64,000 nucleotides of DNA. Origin: Octopus sinensis (lineage: Eukaryota). The notes below the pieces were generated by a model that had not been told where the DNA came from, did no database searches, and worked only from the letters and a program-made list of their open reading frames with translations. Of this stretch, positions 1 through 12,290 are shown piece after piece; the first letter of the stretch is position 1; each line of letters starts with the position of its first letter. The stretch is taken from positions 18,662,001-18,726,000 of the forward strand of contig NC_043024.1 in the NCBI RefSeq assembly GCF_006345805.1, read 5' to 3'. A program made the translations under genes and the position numbers.

Positions 1-63
1 CGGAGCTCAAAAAATTCCAAAGAAGGGAAAATGAAGAAAGAAAATCGCCAACGATACACACGT

Positions 64-281
64 TGTCGTGGATGCTGAAAAGTTCTTGGTTTTAAAGGTA
101 TTGCAAAAAGCCAGGCTGGAGGCCCAACATTTTGAGTTCTTTTACTGGGCTTAGTAAAATGGAAGGACCACTGCAATAAGTGTATGAATCTGAGAGAGGA
201 ATATGTTGAATAAAATCATAATTAACTGATCCTCCTCTATTTTCTTTTATCCAAATTTATGAACTTTTCAACGTCCATTCA
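64..281 (+). mobile_element. Non-autonomous mariner-derived MITE
   Basis: Inverted ends TGGATGCTGAAAAGTTC / GAACTTTTCAACGTCCA. The interior encodes a mariner transposase C-terminal relic KWKDHCNKCMNLREEYVE*. Same family as 52111-52293. Confidence 0.7.
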
Positions 282-1000
282 TATATGAAGAAAGCACAAC
301 AATTAAAGAGTTAAGAGTTAAAGCTCTCCAACCATGGCCATTTTACTATATATTCTGACTGTGAATACGTGATTTAATGTAGATTATTGGAGGAAATACA
401 GATTACGTTGTAAAGCTGTTTGTTGCAACGCACCTCATTATGAAGACCAACATTTGCTTTTCCTTCATTGATTTGAAATGCTTTCCTTATAAAACGAACA
501 ATAAAGAATAAGAATTAATTTAATTAAAACTTTGGAACTGATAACAGTTACAAAAGACTAATCATATGCCATTGAAGTGCAACATTTTGTACTGATATCT
601 GAAGGTGTTAAAACCATACGACATGGTTAACAGCTAGAATAATTAACCCTTTTCACTAAAATATTCCTCTTCAAATACTCTCTCTTTGATTTAATTATTT
701 TTGAAAATAAAAATGAAATCATTAAGATAACTTTATTAATATTAAGCTAGTATTTGGATCATAAATTAACATAGCAATGTTATACAATGGGAGATTTTAA
801 TTTAAACCATTTTGTTTGTGTCACAGAACCAGGAAAGATCTCAGATGAGTTGATAATAAAAAAATTAAGGGTTCACATTTTTTTTTCATATTTCTGTTGA
901 AATATACTGACTTTATTTCAATTAATTTAGAAAATGACGAAGAATTCAACAAAATAATTTTGTCCTTATTAAGCTGGTGTTTGGAATATAAATTAATACA

Positions 1001-1399
1001 GGAGGAGTGGCTGTGTGGTAAGTAGCTTGCTAACCAACCACATGGTTCTGCATTCAGTCCCACTGCGTGGCATCTTGGGCAAGTGTCTTCTGCTATGGCC
1101 CCGGGCCGACCAATGCCTTGTGAGTGGATTTGGTAGACGGAAACTGAAAGAAGCCTGTCGTATATATGTATATATATATATATATGTGTGTGTGTGTTTG
1201 TGTGTCTGTGTTTGTCCCCCTAGTATTGCTTAACAACCAATGCTGGTGTGTTTACGTCCCCGACACTTAGCAGTTCGGCAAAAGAGACCGATAGAATAAG
1301 TACTGGGCTTACAAAGAATAAGTCCCGGGGTCGATTTGCTCGACTAAAGGCGGTGCTCCAGCATGGCCGCAGTCAAATGACTGAAACAAGTAAAAGAGT
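1001..1399 (+). mobile_element. tRNA-derived SINE family 1 (CORE/Meta-like), full length
   Basis: Head GGAGTGGCTGTGTGGTAAG...GTTCAGTCCC (A/B boxes), then CTTGGGCAAGTGTCTT, an internal (TA)n(TG)n tract and a GTAAAAGA-type tail. About 20 copies in the window. Confidence 0.9.
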
Positions 1400-2385
1400 A
1401 TGAAATTTTGACGGAAGGTTTTAATTTAAACTACTTCAAAATATAAAGTTTGTATTTAAGGATCAGAGGCAGATTCAGGTGGGTTGTTTCAAGATGGTTA
1501 AACAGAGAAAGTTGTATAAGGTTAAGGTGGGACTGAACCCGGAACCATGTGGTTCGTAAGCAAGCTACTTACCACATAATGGAGAATTTACAAAAATAAT
1601 TTTATCATTGTTAAGCTGGTGTTTTAAATTGATCTAAAGTGAGAATTTCAAATTTGATCTCTTTAAAGCAGAAAGTTTGTATCGTAGCTCTAGGGGTGGT
1701 CTTGAGCAGGCTGGTACCAAAACCATTAACATTTTTGTTAGCTCACTTATTAAGATACTTTCTTCAGATTTTTCTATAAAAATTGTTGCCAGCACCGATT
1801 TTGTTATAATATTTTGTATCCAAGATGCCAGATGTAAACAACAATGAGATCAAAGATGAAAAACTGGTAAAGAGTGTGTATGTCATGTTTCAACACGACA
1901 TCCAACCCATTAATACTCCACAAACTTGGTACTTAAATAGCCATTAAATATAGCGGTGTAACATTATTGCCACTAAATTCCTGTTGGAATACATTACTTT
2001 AGTTTTAATCAATTTTGAAAATAATGGATGAATTGATGAAACTAATTTTATCATGGGAATGGATTAAACAGAGCAGGAGGAGACACATGGATGGAAAGGG
2101 TCACTGAAGAGGTCACAGATGTGTGACAAAAGATTTCCAGACAATGGACATAAGATAAAATAAGAACAGTAATAAATGAATGAAGAACGAATGTACAGTG
2201 TGTGTTTATTTGGGGGGGGGGAGGCAAAGAAAAAGAACTACCATCCTGAAATATAACAATATCTATTTCAATGCAACACAAATTCATAAACAAAATTTTA
2301 TCATTGTTAAGATGGTGCTTGTATCATAGATAAAAATGACATTTTGATGGTAAGTTTCAATTTTGATTGCTTTAAAGCAGAAAGC

Positions 2386-2575
2386 AGTGAGCTGGCAGAA
2401 ACGTTAGCATGCCGGGCAAAGTGCTTAGCGGCATTTTGTCTGCTGTTACGTTCTGAGTTCAAATTCCGCTGAGGTCAACTTTGCCTTTCATCCTTTCTAT
2501 AAACTTAGTACCAGTTGCATACTGGAGTTGATCTAGTTGACTGGCCCCCTCCCTCAAAATTTTAGGCCTTGGGCC
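2386..2575 (+). mobile_element. tRNA-derived SINE family 2 (Deu/Nin-like), alternative tail
   Basis: Head GAGCTGGCAGAAACGTTAGC...GAGTTCAAATTCC, then CCTTTCATCCTTTC, which resembles the Deu/Nin domain. The tail differs from the main subfamily. Confidence 0.75.
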
Positions 2576-2598
2576 TAGAGGAGAAAAGTATATTTGAA

Positions 2599-3198
2599 GG
2601 CGGTGAGCTGGCAGAAACGTTAGCACCCCAGGTGAAGTGCTTAGTGGCATTTAATCTGCCATTACACTCTGAGTTCAAATTCCGCTGAGGTCGACTTTGC
2701 CTTTCATCCTTTCAGGGTCGATAAATTAAGTACCAGTTTCGCACTGGGATCGATATAATCGACTTAATCCATTTGTCTGTCCTTGTTTGTCCCCTCTGTG
2801 TTTAGCCCCTTGTGGGTAGTAAAGAAATTGGCATTTTGTATGCCTTTACATTCTGAGTTCAAATTCCGCCGAGGTCGACTTTGCCTTTCATGCTTTCGAG
2901 GTCGATTAAATAAGTACCAGTTATGCACTGGGGTCGATGTAATCGACTTAATCCATTTGTCTGGCCTTGTTTGTCCCCTCTATGTTTAGCCCCTTGTAGG
3001 CAATAAAGAAATAGGTATTTCGTCTGCTGTTATGTTCTGAGTTCAAATCCCGCTGAGGTCAACTTTGCCTTTCATCCTTTCGGGGTCGATAAATTAAGTA
3101 CCAGTTACGCATTGGGGTCGATGTAATCGACTTAATCCCTTTGTCTGTCCTTGTTTGTCCCCTCTGTGTTTCGCCCCTTGTGGGAAATAAAGAAATAA
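2599..3198 (+). mobile_element. SINE family 2 trimer (one full unit plus two head-truncated ~184 bp units)
   Basis: Three tandem copies of GAGTTCAAAT...TTCATCCTTTCGGGGTCGATAAATTAAGTACC...AAAGAAAT. Confidence 0.85.
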
Positions 3199-3614
3199 GA
3201 AAGTTTATATCTGAGCAGAAGTGCAGATGAGGTCTTGAACAGGCTGGTATCAAAAGCATTTATGCTTTTGTTTCTTCACTTGTTAAGATTTTTCTATTTC
3301 AGATTTTTCTATTTCAGCTGAGCAAATCAACACCAGGAGACACTTGATATTTGTTTTTTGTTTTTTTTAAGCCTAGTACTTAATCTATTGGTTCTCATTC
3401 ACTGAACCGATTTTGTTACGAATTTTCGTATCTGAGACAATGAGATTGAAAATTTAAAAAATGGTTAATGAGCTTATATGCCATATTCCAGGAGGTTTAG
3501 CTCCTTCATCAACAACTTTCCAACCCATTAATCATCCAAAAACTCATTCCTTAAATGACCCTCTAAATATAGCAGTGTAACATTATTGCTATCATGTTTC
3601 TTTTGAAATATGCT

Positions 3615-4033
3615 TACTCTTTACTCTCTCTCTTTTACTCTTTTACTAGTTTCAGTCATTTGACTGCGGCCATGCTGGAGTACCGACCCTGCAAATCGAC
3701 CCCGGGACTTATTCTTTGTAAGCCCAGTACTTATTCTATCGGTCTCTTTTGCCGAACTGCTAAGTGATGGGGACATAAACACACCAGCATCGGTTGTCAA
3801 GCAATGCTAGGGGGACAAACATAGACACAAACACATACACACACACACATATATATATATATATACATAAATACGACAGGCTTCTTTCAGTTTCCATCTA
3901 CCAAATCCACTCACAAGGCTTTGGTCAGCCTGGGGCTATAGCAAAAGACACTTGCCCAAGATGCCATGTAGTGGGACTGAACCCGGAACCATGTGGTTTG
4001 TTAGCAAGCTACTTACCACACAGCCACTCCTGC
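3615..4033 (-). mobile_element. SINE family 1, full length
   Basis: Reverse complement of the family 1 consensus, from head (cagccactcctgc) to tail (tactcttttac). Confidence 0.9.
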
Positions 4034-4039
4034 TTGTTT

Positions 4040-5530
4040 CAATCAATTTCGAAAATAATGGAGAATTTATTAATAAACTATTGCCATTGTTAAACTGGTG
4101 TTTGTATCATAAATTAGCAGGAAATTTTAATGGAGAGTTCAAGTTTAGATCACTTTAATACAGAAAGTTTGCATTTTAGCTTTTGAGTAGACTGGTAACA
4201 AAAGTGTTAACATTTTCCTGTTGAAATACCCTGCATTTGTGTTGATTAATTTTGAAAATAATGAAGAATTTAGTAAAATAACTTTGACATTATTAAAGGG
4301 GTGTTTGGAATATAAATGAGCTCAAAATTTTGGTGGGAGGTTTTTAATTTAAATTACTTTAACCCTTTTGTTACCATATTTCTGTAGAAAAGAACAAGTT
4401 TTGTCTCAATTAATTTCAAAACAATTATGAAGAATTTAGTAAAATAATTTTGTTATCAAAACAGTTTTTAGAACCTAAATCATCATCATCATCATCATAG
4501 TTTAACGTCCGCTTTCCATGCTGGCATGGGTTGGACGGTTCAACTGGGGTCTGGGAAGTCAGAAGGCTGCATCAGGCCCAGTCTGATCTGGCAGTGTTCC
4601 TACGGCTGGATGCCCTTCCTAACACCAACCACTCCGTGAGTGTAGTGGGTGCTTTTTACGTGCCACCTGCACAGGTGCCAGATGAGGCTGGCAAACGGCC
4701 ATGATCGGATGGTGCTTTTTACGTGCTACCAGCACGGGGGCCAGACAGGGCGGCGCTAGCAACGGCCACATTCGGATGGTTCTCTTACGTGCCACCAGCA
4801 CTGGTATCACAGCAACAATTTCCATTGATGTTGATCGATTTTGATTTTGATTTTTTTTTTTTTTAGGAAGAATTTATGAAGAATAATGAAGAATTTAGTA
4901 AAATAACTTTGACATTATTAAAGTGGTGTTTGGAATATAAATGAGCTCGAAATCTTGGTGGGAGGTTTGAATTTGGATCACTTTAACCCTTTTGTTACCA
5001 TATTTCTGTAGAAAAGAACAAGCTTTAATTTAAAAATTTATCTAGTTTCAGCTCACGAGCCGAGGCCATGCTGATGGCACCGCCATTGTTTCAATTAATT
5101 TCAAAAAAATTATGAGGAATTTCGTAAAATAATTTTGTTATCAAAATAGTTTTTAGAACCTAAATGAACATGAGATTTTGGTGGGAGGTTTGAATTTGGA
5201 TCACTTTAAAAGTTAGATCACTCTTCCCACCTCCATACACACACAAGCATTATCTGACTCATACATTGTTCGTTTTCCAGACATTTCTACATTACTGCAT
5301 GTACTTTATATGCACTTTCTGACAAGTTGTGGTGCACCTGAGCACTGTATACAATAATTTCATTATTATTAACCCTTTTGTTACCATATTTCTGTAGAAA
5401 AGGACCAGCTTTGTTTCAATTCGTTTTGAAAATAAGGGAGAAGAATTTAGTAAATAATTTGTTATTAAAGTAGTGTTTGGAATATAAATTGAAGTAGAAA
5501 TTTTGATGCAAGTTTATAATTTAGATAATT
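4040..5530. repeat. Local cluster of piggyBac-like MITE pieces (TTAACCCTTTTGTTACC...)
   Basis: TTAACCCTTTTGTTACCATATTTCTGTAGAAAAG recurs near 4359, 4984 and 5369 with shared downstream sequence. TTAA followed by CCCT resembles piggyBac ends. Confidence 0.6.
4480..4848 (-). mobile_element. RTE LINE 3' UTR fragment with (GAT)n tail
   Basis: Reverse complement of the 3' UTR seen at 35300-35796, including ~61 bp repeat units and (CAT)n. Confidence 0.85.
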
Positions 5531-5573
5531 TTTAAACAGGAAATATGTCTTAGAATAAGAGGTAGTCTCAGAT

Positions 5574-5899
5574 TAAAAGACTCCGCCGGTTACGACGACG
5601 AGGGTCCCAGCTGATACGATCAACGGAACAGCTTGCTCGTGAAATTAACGTGCAAATGGCTGAGCATTCCACAGACACGTGTACCCTTAACGTAGTTCTC
5701 GGGGATAATCAGCGTGACACAGAGAGTGACAAGTCTGACCCTTTGAAATACAAGTACAACTCATTTTTGCCAGCTGAGTGGACTGGAGCAACGTGAAATA
5801 AAGTGTCTTGCTCAAGGACACAACGCATCGCCGGGAATCGAACTCACAACCTTACAATCATGAGCCGAATGCCCTAACCACTAAGCCACGCGCCCTCAC
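5574..5899 (-). mobile_element. tRNA-derived SINE family 3 (Meta/V-like) with 13 bp TSD
   Basis: Minus-strand head GTGAGGGCGCGTGGCTTAGTGGTTAGGG...GTTCGATTCCC, then GTCCTTGAGCAAGACACTT. TSD GGTAGTCTCAGAT at 5561-5573 and 5900-5912. Confidence 0.85.
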
Positions 5900-6144
5900 G
5901 GTAGTCTCAGATAGATTGGTATCAAAAGGTTACAAGCAGTTGACAGATAGATAACAGTTGCCTAAAATAACCAATAACTGGAACAATAACATCAACAGCA
6001 GAAATGATAGCAAGATCAACAGACTTTGAGGAAGGTGACCTAAGGAAATTTATTGATTTTCTTATGGCAATGTTATAAAAATACACAAAATAGTTCCCAA
6101 ATCTAGATAAACAGAAAAAAAAATTTATAATTTTTATAATTATA

Positions 6145-6548
6145 GGTGTAGGAGTGGCTGTGTGGTAAGTATCTTGCTTACCAACCACATGGTCCCGGGT
6201 TCAGTCTCACTGCATGGCACCTTGGGCAAGTGTCTTCTACTATAGCCACGGGCTGACCAAAGCCTTGTGAGTGGATTTGGTAGACGGAAATTGAAAGAAG
6301 CCTGTCGTATATATGTGTGTATATATATGTATGTGTGTGTTTGTGTGTCTGCGTTTGTCCTCCCAACATCGCTTGACAGCCGATGCTGGTGTGTTTACGC
6401 CCCCGTAACTTAGCAGTTCGGCAAAAGAGACTGATAGAATAAGTACTAGGCTTACAAAGAATAAGTCCTGGGGTCAATTTGCTCGACTAAAGGCGGTGCT
6501 CCAGCATGGCCACAGTAAAATGACTGAAACAAGTAAAAGAGTAAAAGA
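6145..6548 (+). mobile_element. SINE family 1, full length
   Basis: Matches the family 1 consensus head to tail. Confidence 0.9.
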
Positions 6549-6639
6549 GAGAGTAATTCAGTAAATATGTAGAATTTCCTGTTTCTTTTTTAAACCTTCC
6601 TTTAATTACAGTTTAGTGTTGGTAATTTTTCATTGTATA

Positions 6640-7225
6640 GGTGTAGGCACGGTTGTGTGGTAAGAATCTTGCTTCCAACCACAGGGTTCTGGTTTCAATC
6701 CCACTGCATAACACCTTGGGTAAGTGTCTTGTACTATAGCCTCAGGCTGGCCAAAGCCTTGTGATTTGATTGACGGAAACTGAAAGAAGCCCATTGTATA
6801 TATATATACACACACACACACTGTGGCTCAGTGAAAGAGAACCAATAGATTAAGTACTAGGCTTAAAAAAAACAAATATCAAGTAAGTGTCTCCTGGAGT
6901 TGATTTTCTCAGCTAAAACCCTTCAAGGCTCTTCTATTATAACCTTGGGCCAAGCAAAGCCTTCTGGGCAGATTTGCTCTATGGTAAATGAATAAGCTCA
7001 TTGTGTGTGTGTGTGTGTGTGTGTTTGTCCACCACCACCACCACCACCACTTGGCAACCAGTTTTAGTATGTTTGTATCTCTGTAACTTAGCAGTTAGAT
7101 AAATGAGACCAATAGAATAAGTACTAGGCTTTAAGAGATATAAGTGCTGGAGTCAATTCCCTTGACTGAAAATTCCTCAAGGCAGTGCCCCAGCATGGCC
7201 GCAGTCCAGTGGCTGAACCAAATAT
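6640..7225 (+). mobile_element. SINE family 1, old diverged copy with rearranged interior
   Basis: Diverged head (GGTGTAGGCACGGTTGTGTGGTAAG) and a recognisable 3' half at 7050-7225. Confidence 0.65.
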
Positions 7226-7556
7226 AGATGAAAGATAAATGATAGAAGACATCAGTCAAAAGTTTTATTTCTTGCAGATTATATGGCAAGATTGAAGTCA
7301 GCTCACAAAATTGAAATTAGATTTTTTAAAATACTTTCTAATTAATTCTGGTTTTATTTTTGAAAAAATTGATTTAATCGGGAATTAAATATAAATCTGA
7401 CAGTTCTGAATTTTTTGTGCATGGCATGGTTACTCTTCGCAAATGTTTAATATAATGGCATCTGGAAACCGCTGAAAACATATTAAGATGCTTAGCTCAG
7501 ATATTTTGAAAATTAAAGGTGTCTATTTACTTCCTGCAAATCTATGTATGTGTATG

Positions 7557-7624
<68 letters not shown>

Positions 7625-7713
7625 TATATCTAATATAGGATAACATTTTTTGAAAAAAATTCTATCAGTGGCCAGCATATTAAAAAATAACTTTAAAGGT
7701 TAAAGTTATAAGC

Positions 7714-7838
7714 AACTTATAAACAAGGGCAAAATAAAAAAATTCTAATGCCAAATATGCCAAAAATAGACAAATCGATTTGTCTATTTTCGGCATATTT
7801 GGCATCAGAATTATTTTCTTTTGCCCTTGTTTATAAGT

Positions 7839-7839
<1 letters not shown>
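7714..7839. repeat. Spacerless palindrome (~63 bp arms) centred on ATCGAT
   Basis: AACTTATAAACAAGGGCAAAA...ATAGACAAAT|CGATTTGTCTAT...TTTTGCCCTTGTTTATAAGTT. The ORF track also shows near-identical peptides on both strands. Confidence 0.9.
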
Positions 7840-7870
<31 letters not shown>

Positions 7871-7880
7871 AATTCTATAG

Positions 7881-8265
7881 TTATAAGCATAATTATAATT
7901 AGAGTTCAGCAAATTGCTTCACCACATACGAAATTTAGAAATAGCAGTTAAATACCATTCCTCTACTATAAGATATCTCCCAGAGAGCAATACTCCTAAT
8001 TCATGTAGGTAAAGAGAAAAAATAACGAATCCACCAGGCTTTGATGAGCCACATACGCGTTTCTGGATTAAGGAGATGTAAAATTTTATTGTGGTTGATC
8101 AAAGCCGGGTGGATTCGTTATTTTTTCTCTTTACCTGTGTGAGTTGTAGAGTATTGCTATCGAGGAGATATCTTATGGTAGTAGAATAGTATTTAACTGC
8201 TATTTCTAAATTTCGGTATGTGGTGAAGCAATTTTGCTGAACCCTAATTATAATTAGGCTTATAA
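7881..8265. repeat. Foldback element, ~165 bp arms and 52 bp spacer
   Basis: Left arm 7881-8045 is the imperfect reverse complement of 8098-8265. Confidence 0.85.
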
Positions 8266-8380
8266 TTACAAAATTTTTATATAAGGTTACCGATAATGAT
8301 TCTTTTAACATACTAAACTACTTTGTAAAATTATTAATTATTAATTAATAATTACTTAATTAATTTTACCCTTTATTATA

Positions 8381-8395
8381 TTATATTTATATATA

Positions 8396-8442
<47 letters not shown>

Positions 8443-8577
8443 TATATATATACATATACATATTATATATATAATATATATATATATATATTTGTATGTA
8501 TGTATATATATACATACTTACATATAGATATATACATATATATTATTTGTATGTATATATATACATACTTACATATA

Positions 8578-8641
<64 letters not shown>

Positions 8642-8730
8642 AGACAACAATGCAAATAAACTGATAAAACTGCTTGGATTTGATATACAATATATATATA
8701 TTATGTGTGTGTATATACATATACATGTAT
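8381..8730. repeat. (TA)n-rich microsatellite
   Basis: Direct reading. Confidence 0.95.
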
Positions 8731-8769
8731 AGTGAGTAAGCAAAGTTTGAAAATTTTCAGAGGATGAAT

Positions 8770-8984
8770 ATTCAAGTATAAATATAAAGATATTTATATA
8801 TTAACAGAGCAAACTTACACAGAATACAAAGACACAGAAAAATAAAGGGGAGAAGAAGTTATGGTGCTTAGCTGTCAGGCTTCTAACATCATACCTCCTC
8901 TTCCCCTTCACCGTTCTCTGTCTTTTGTGCTTTGTGTAAATTTGCTCTGTTAATATCAAAATGTCAAAATATTTATACTTGAAT
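8770..8984. repeat. Foldback element / MITE, ~85 bp imperfect arms
   Basis: ATTCAAGTATAAATAT...TTAACAGAGCAAA pairs with TTTGCTCTGTTAA...ATATTTATACTTGAAT. Confidence 0.75.
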
Positions 8985-9155
8985 GTGTGTGTGTGTATGT
9001 GTGTGTGTATAGCAAGTTGACACTTTGTGTACCGTTTATTATAGTTATTTATTAATTATAAAATTTTATTGATTAGCTGCTATTTAACGGCATTATTGTT
9101 TACTGCCACTAATATCATTGTTATTGTTATAAATTATTTACATATTTACTGCTAA

Positions 9156-9192
9156 TGATGATGATGATGATAATAATAATAATAATAATAAT

Positions 9193-9249
<57 letters not shown>

Positions 9250-9915
9250 GCAGTGGCTCTCATAGCTTCTGGTCATAACTGATCGGAAGTGTTATCATGT
9301 ACATTGTTTTGTCTTGGTATAAAAGATGGCCTACAGCAAATATTCTGCTCAATACCTATTTCTTTACTACCCACAAGGGGCTAAACACAGAGGGGACAAA
9401 CAAGGACAGACATAGGTATTAAGTCGATTACATCGACCCCAGTGCGTAACTGGTACTTAATTTATCGACCCCGAAAGGATGAAAGGCAAAGTCGACCTCG
9501 GCGGAATTTGAACTCACAACGTAACACAGACGAAATACCGCTAAGCATTTCGCCCGGCGTGCTAACGTTTCTGCCAGCTCGCCTTCTGCTCAATACCACA
9601 GATTTGCTTGTCAGTTGTTTGACCTTAGCCAGTTGAGCATGTCCCTTAGTGGCTGACGATATGTGCATCTCTGATCACAAGCAGAAGTAGTGGGGGAGCA
9701 TCATAACCATGTGTTCAGAGGGATTCTTTGGGGTTTAGATAATTCACCTCTGGAAACATGGGTGTTTCGTTCAACATCCTCAAACAACCCTAATTCAGGT
9801 GCCTTTTGAGTGGGATGGGCTCCACCTGCAAGGTCATGTGCTGTTTATCTTGGTATGAGATCGCTATGTCATGCACATATGGTTGTGATGCATGTACCCT
9901 TATTAGACGGGTACA
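9156..9915 (-). mobile_element. Unclassified retroelement fragment with (ATT)n tail, interrupted by a SINE
   Basis: A GC-balanced body (9247-9915) abuts an (AAT)n run. It is split by the 9357-9583 insertion with a TSD. Confidence 0.5.
9357..9583 (-). mobile_element. SINE family 2 monomer with 14 bp TSD
   Basis: Full head-to-tail copy. TSD TTCTGCTCAATACC at 9343-9356 and 9584-9597. Confidence 0.9.
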
Positions 9916-11437
9916 CCAGGTGAGAAAAGCAAAGTTTGAAGGGAATAGTCGTTATTTCCTTTGATTTCTAAATAGAAGCAAGTAAGTAATAACACTTACT
10001 GACTAAAGGCAAGCAAACCTGTTGTGTTGAACAGAAATTTTGCTATAATGATACTTCTGCTTCAGCAACTCAGTGCTGAATCTGTGTGAAATGTAATGGA
10101 AAATTGGTCAGTTTGAAAACATTGATGTCCAGGTCAGAAAAAGTTTGAAGGGAATAATATTGATTTTCTTTGATTTCAAGATAGAAGTAAGTAGGAAATA
10201 ACACTTACTGAGCAAAGACAAACAAAAAATTTGACACATTGTGTTATCTGAAGTGGAATAGAACCCTGTCTGTTTACTTGCTTATTTGAGCCTTAGTCTT
10301 TGTTAAGTTAACTTTAAGACCTTTTGATTCTAGGTTTTGCTTTGTAAAGGAATTGTGTTGAACGGGCTGGGTCTTTTGCACTGTTTGGGTGCAACACAAT
10401 TTCCTTCTTTGTTTCCAAAAACTACCGGCGTCAGGAACAAGAAAGCAACCTTAGAAAATATGACACTTGGTGTAGGTACAGCAAGACTGAAGTTAAACAT
10501 TTGTAAAGATAAACCTCACAAAAAATCCAGCAGAACAGAGCCGGTCAAATCCCAAGCGTCTGGGACAGGAGAATAGGCTGATAACACGTTAAACACGTCT
10601 TCTCTCTTCAATAGCAATGTCTCAAGTCACCGACGCTAACAAGGAACACGATAGAATTTTTTCCCCCAGTTTTTAGCGCATGTGCATGAGGGAACTTCCT
10701 TAGGCCTTTCCAGAAGGTTCCAGACCCGCACACGCACACTGAAGAATGATGTCACTACAGCTTCTACACCTGGAATTTTCTTACATTTTGAAAAAATGTA
10801 AGAAAAGCAAAGTTTGAAGGAAACATTAGTCATTTTTCATACTTTCTAGAGATAAGCAAATAGGAAATAACAATTGCTACCAAAAGGACAAAAATTTCAT
10901 TACTCTGTCTTTAGCTGATATTGTATGACTATATTTTCACAAATTGCCAATTTGATAAACTGTCAAACTGTTAGAATTTTTTCCTCAATTATCCAAAATC
11001 GTTTCATGTCAGAAGTGCCAGAATCTCTATACACAAGATGTTTTTAATTCAAAACCATTCTAAATTTTCCTGTAGGTGATACTGATTGCTTTTTGATAAA
11101 ATTCTAAAATAATGTTTAATTCATTACGTCACAACACTAACGATTGTGTCATGTGTGTATAAATGTGTGTCTGTGAATGTATTTTTCTGTGCATGTATGT
11201 ATGTTTGTGCATGCATGTATGAGTGTATGTATGCACGTGTGCGTGTGTGTCTGTATGAGTGTGTGGGTGTTTATTTAACATCTCTAAAATATTTCTGACA
11301 GTTATGTCACGGGTCAATTTCTCTCCTGACCTTCATCCAACATACTGTGTTTCTGTATTTATGTCTAGTCAGACTACTGTATAAGTCACAGCCCGAAATT
11401 TTTCAGTTAGAAACAAGTATAAAATAGTGTAACCTGA

Positions 11438-11712
11438 GGTGCAGGGCCCAATTGAAAACAATTTTGGTGGGCCCCAGGTTCCCAGCCAACTTGCACTTTG
11501 GAAATTCCACCACCTCCACCTCGGAGTTTTTTTTCTTCATTCTGTTTTCAGGTGCTATCTGATATGGTATGCAGGGCTGGCCTTAGGAGGTGCAGGGCCC
11601 AATTGGAAACAATTTTGGTGGGCCCCAGGTTTCCAGTCAAGTTGCACCCTGGAAATTCCACCCTCTCCACTTCGGAGTTATTTTTTTCTTCATTCTGTTT
11701 TCAGGTGCTATC
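11438..11712 (+). repeat. Two direct ~120 bp repeats, possibly hAT-type MITE ends
   Basis: GTGCAGGGCCCAATTG...TTTTCAGGTGCTATC occurs twice. CAGGGCTGGCCTTAGG resembles hAT-MITE termini. Confidence 0.45.
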
Positions 11713-11879
11713 CACTAATCTCATCTCTTAATATACTGCAGAGGACATTTTTCCCCCCTTGTGGCATATTTGGAGATCAGAATAGTGGCTGTTTGGTATG
11801 TTTAATAACTACTATTTCAAGTATACTAAACAGCCACATTAAGGATGGGCTACCTCTCAGTTTATTTAAACCAGGATAA

Positions 11880-12205
11880 TATGTGTGTGTGTATGATGTA
11901 TATGTATGTAATATGTATGTGTGTGTGTGTGTGTATATGTGTATGTATGTATACATATATATATGTATATGTACATGTGTATATATGTATGTATATATAC
12001 ATATATATGTGTGTGTATATGATGTATATGTGCATATGTATGTGCATATGTATATATATATATATATATATATATTTTAGAAGAAATAAGTTACTCAGAA
12101 ATCTGGATGGTTTTACATTTACAGATTTTTATTAATATGTCACATGTTTTTATAAATCATATATTAGTGCTTGCATCACCTCTAGTAGAATCTCCAGATA
12201 TACAT

Positions 12206-12242
<37 letters not shown>

Positions 12243-12290
12243 ATATATATATATATGTATGTACATATATATATGATATATATATGTATA
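11880..12290. repeat. (TG)n/(TA)n microsatellite blocks
   Basis: Direct reading. Confidence 0.9.
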
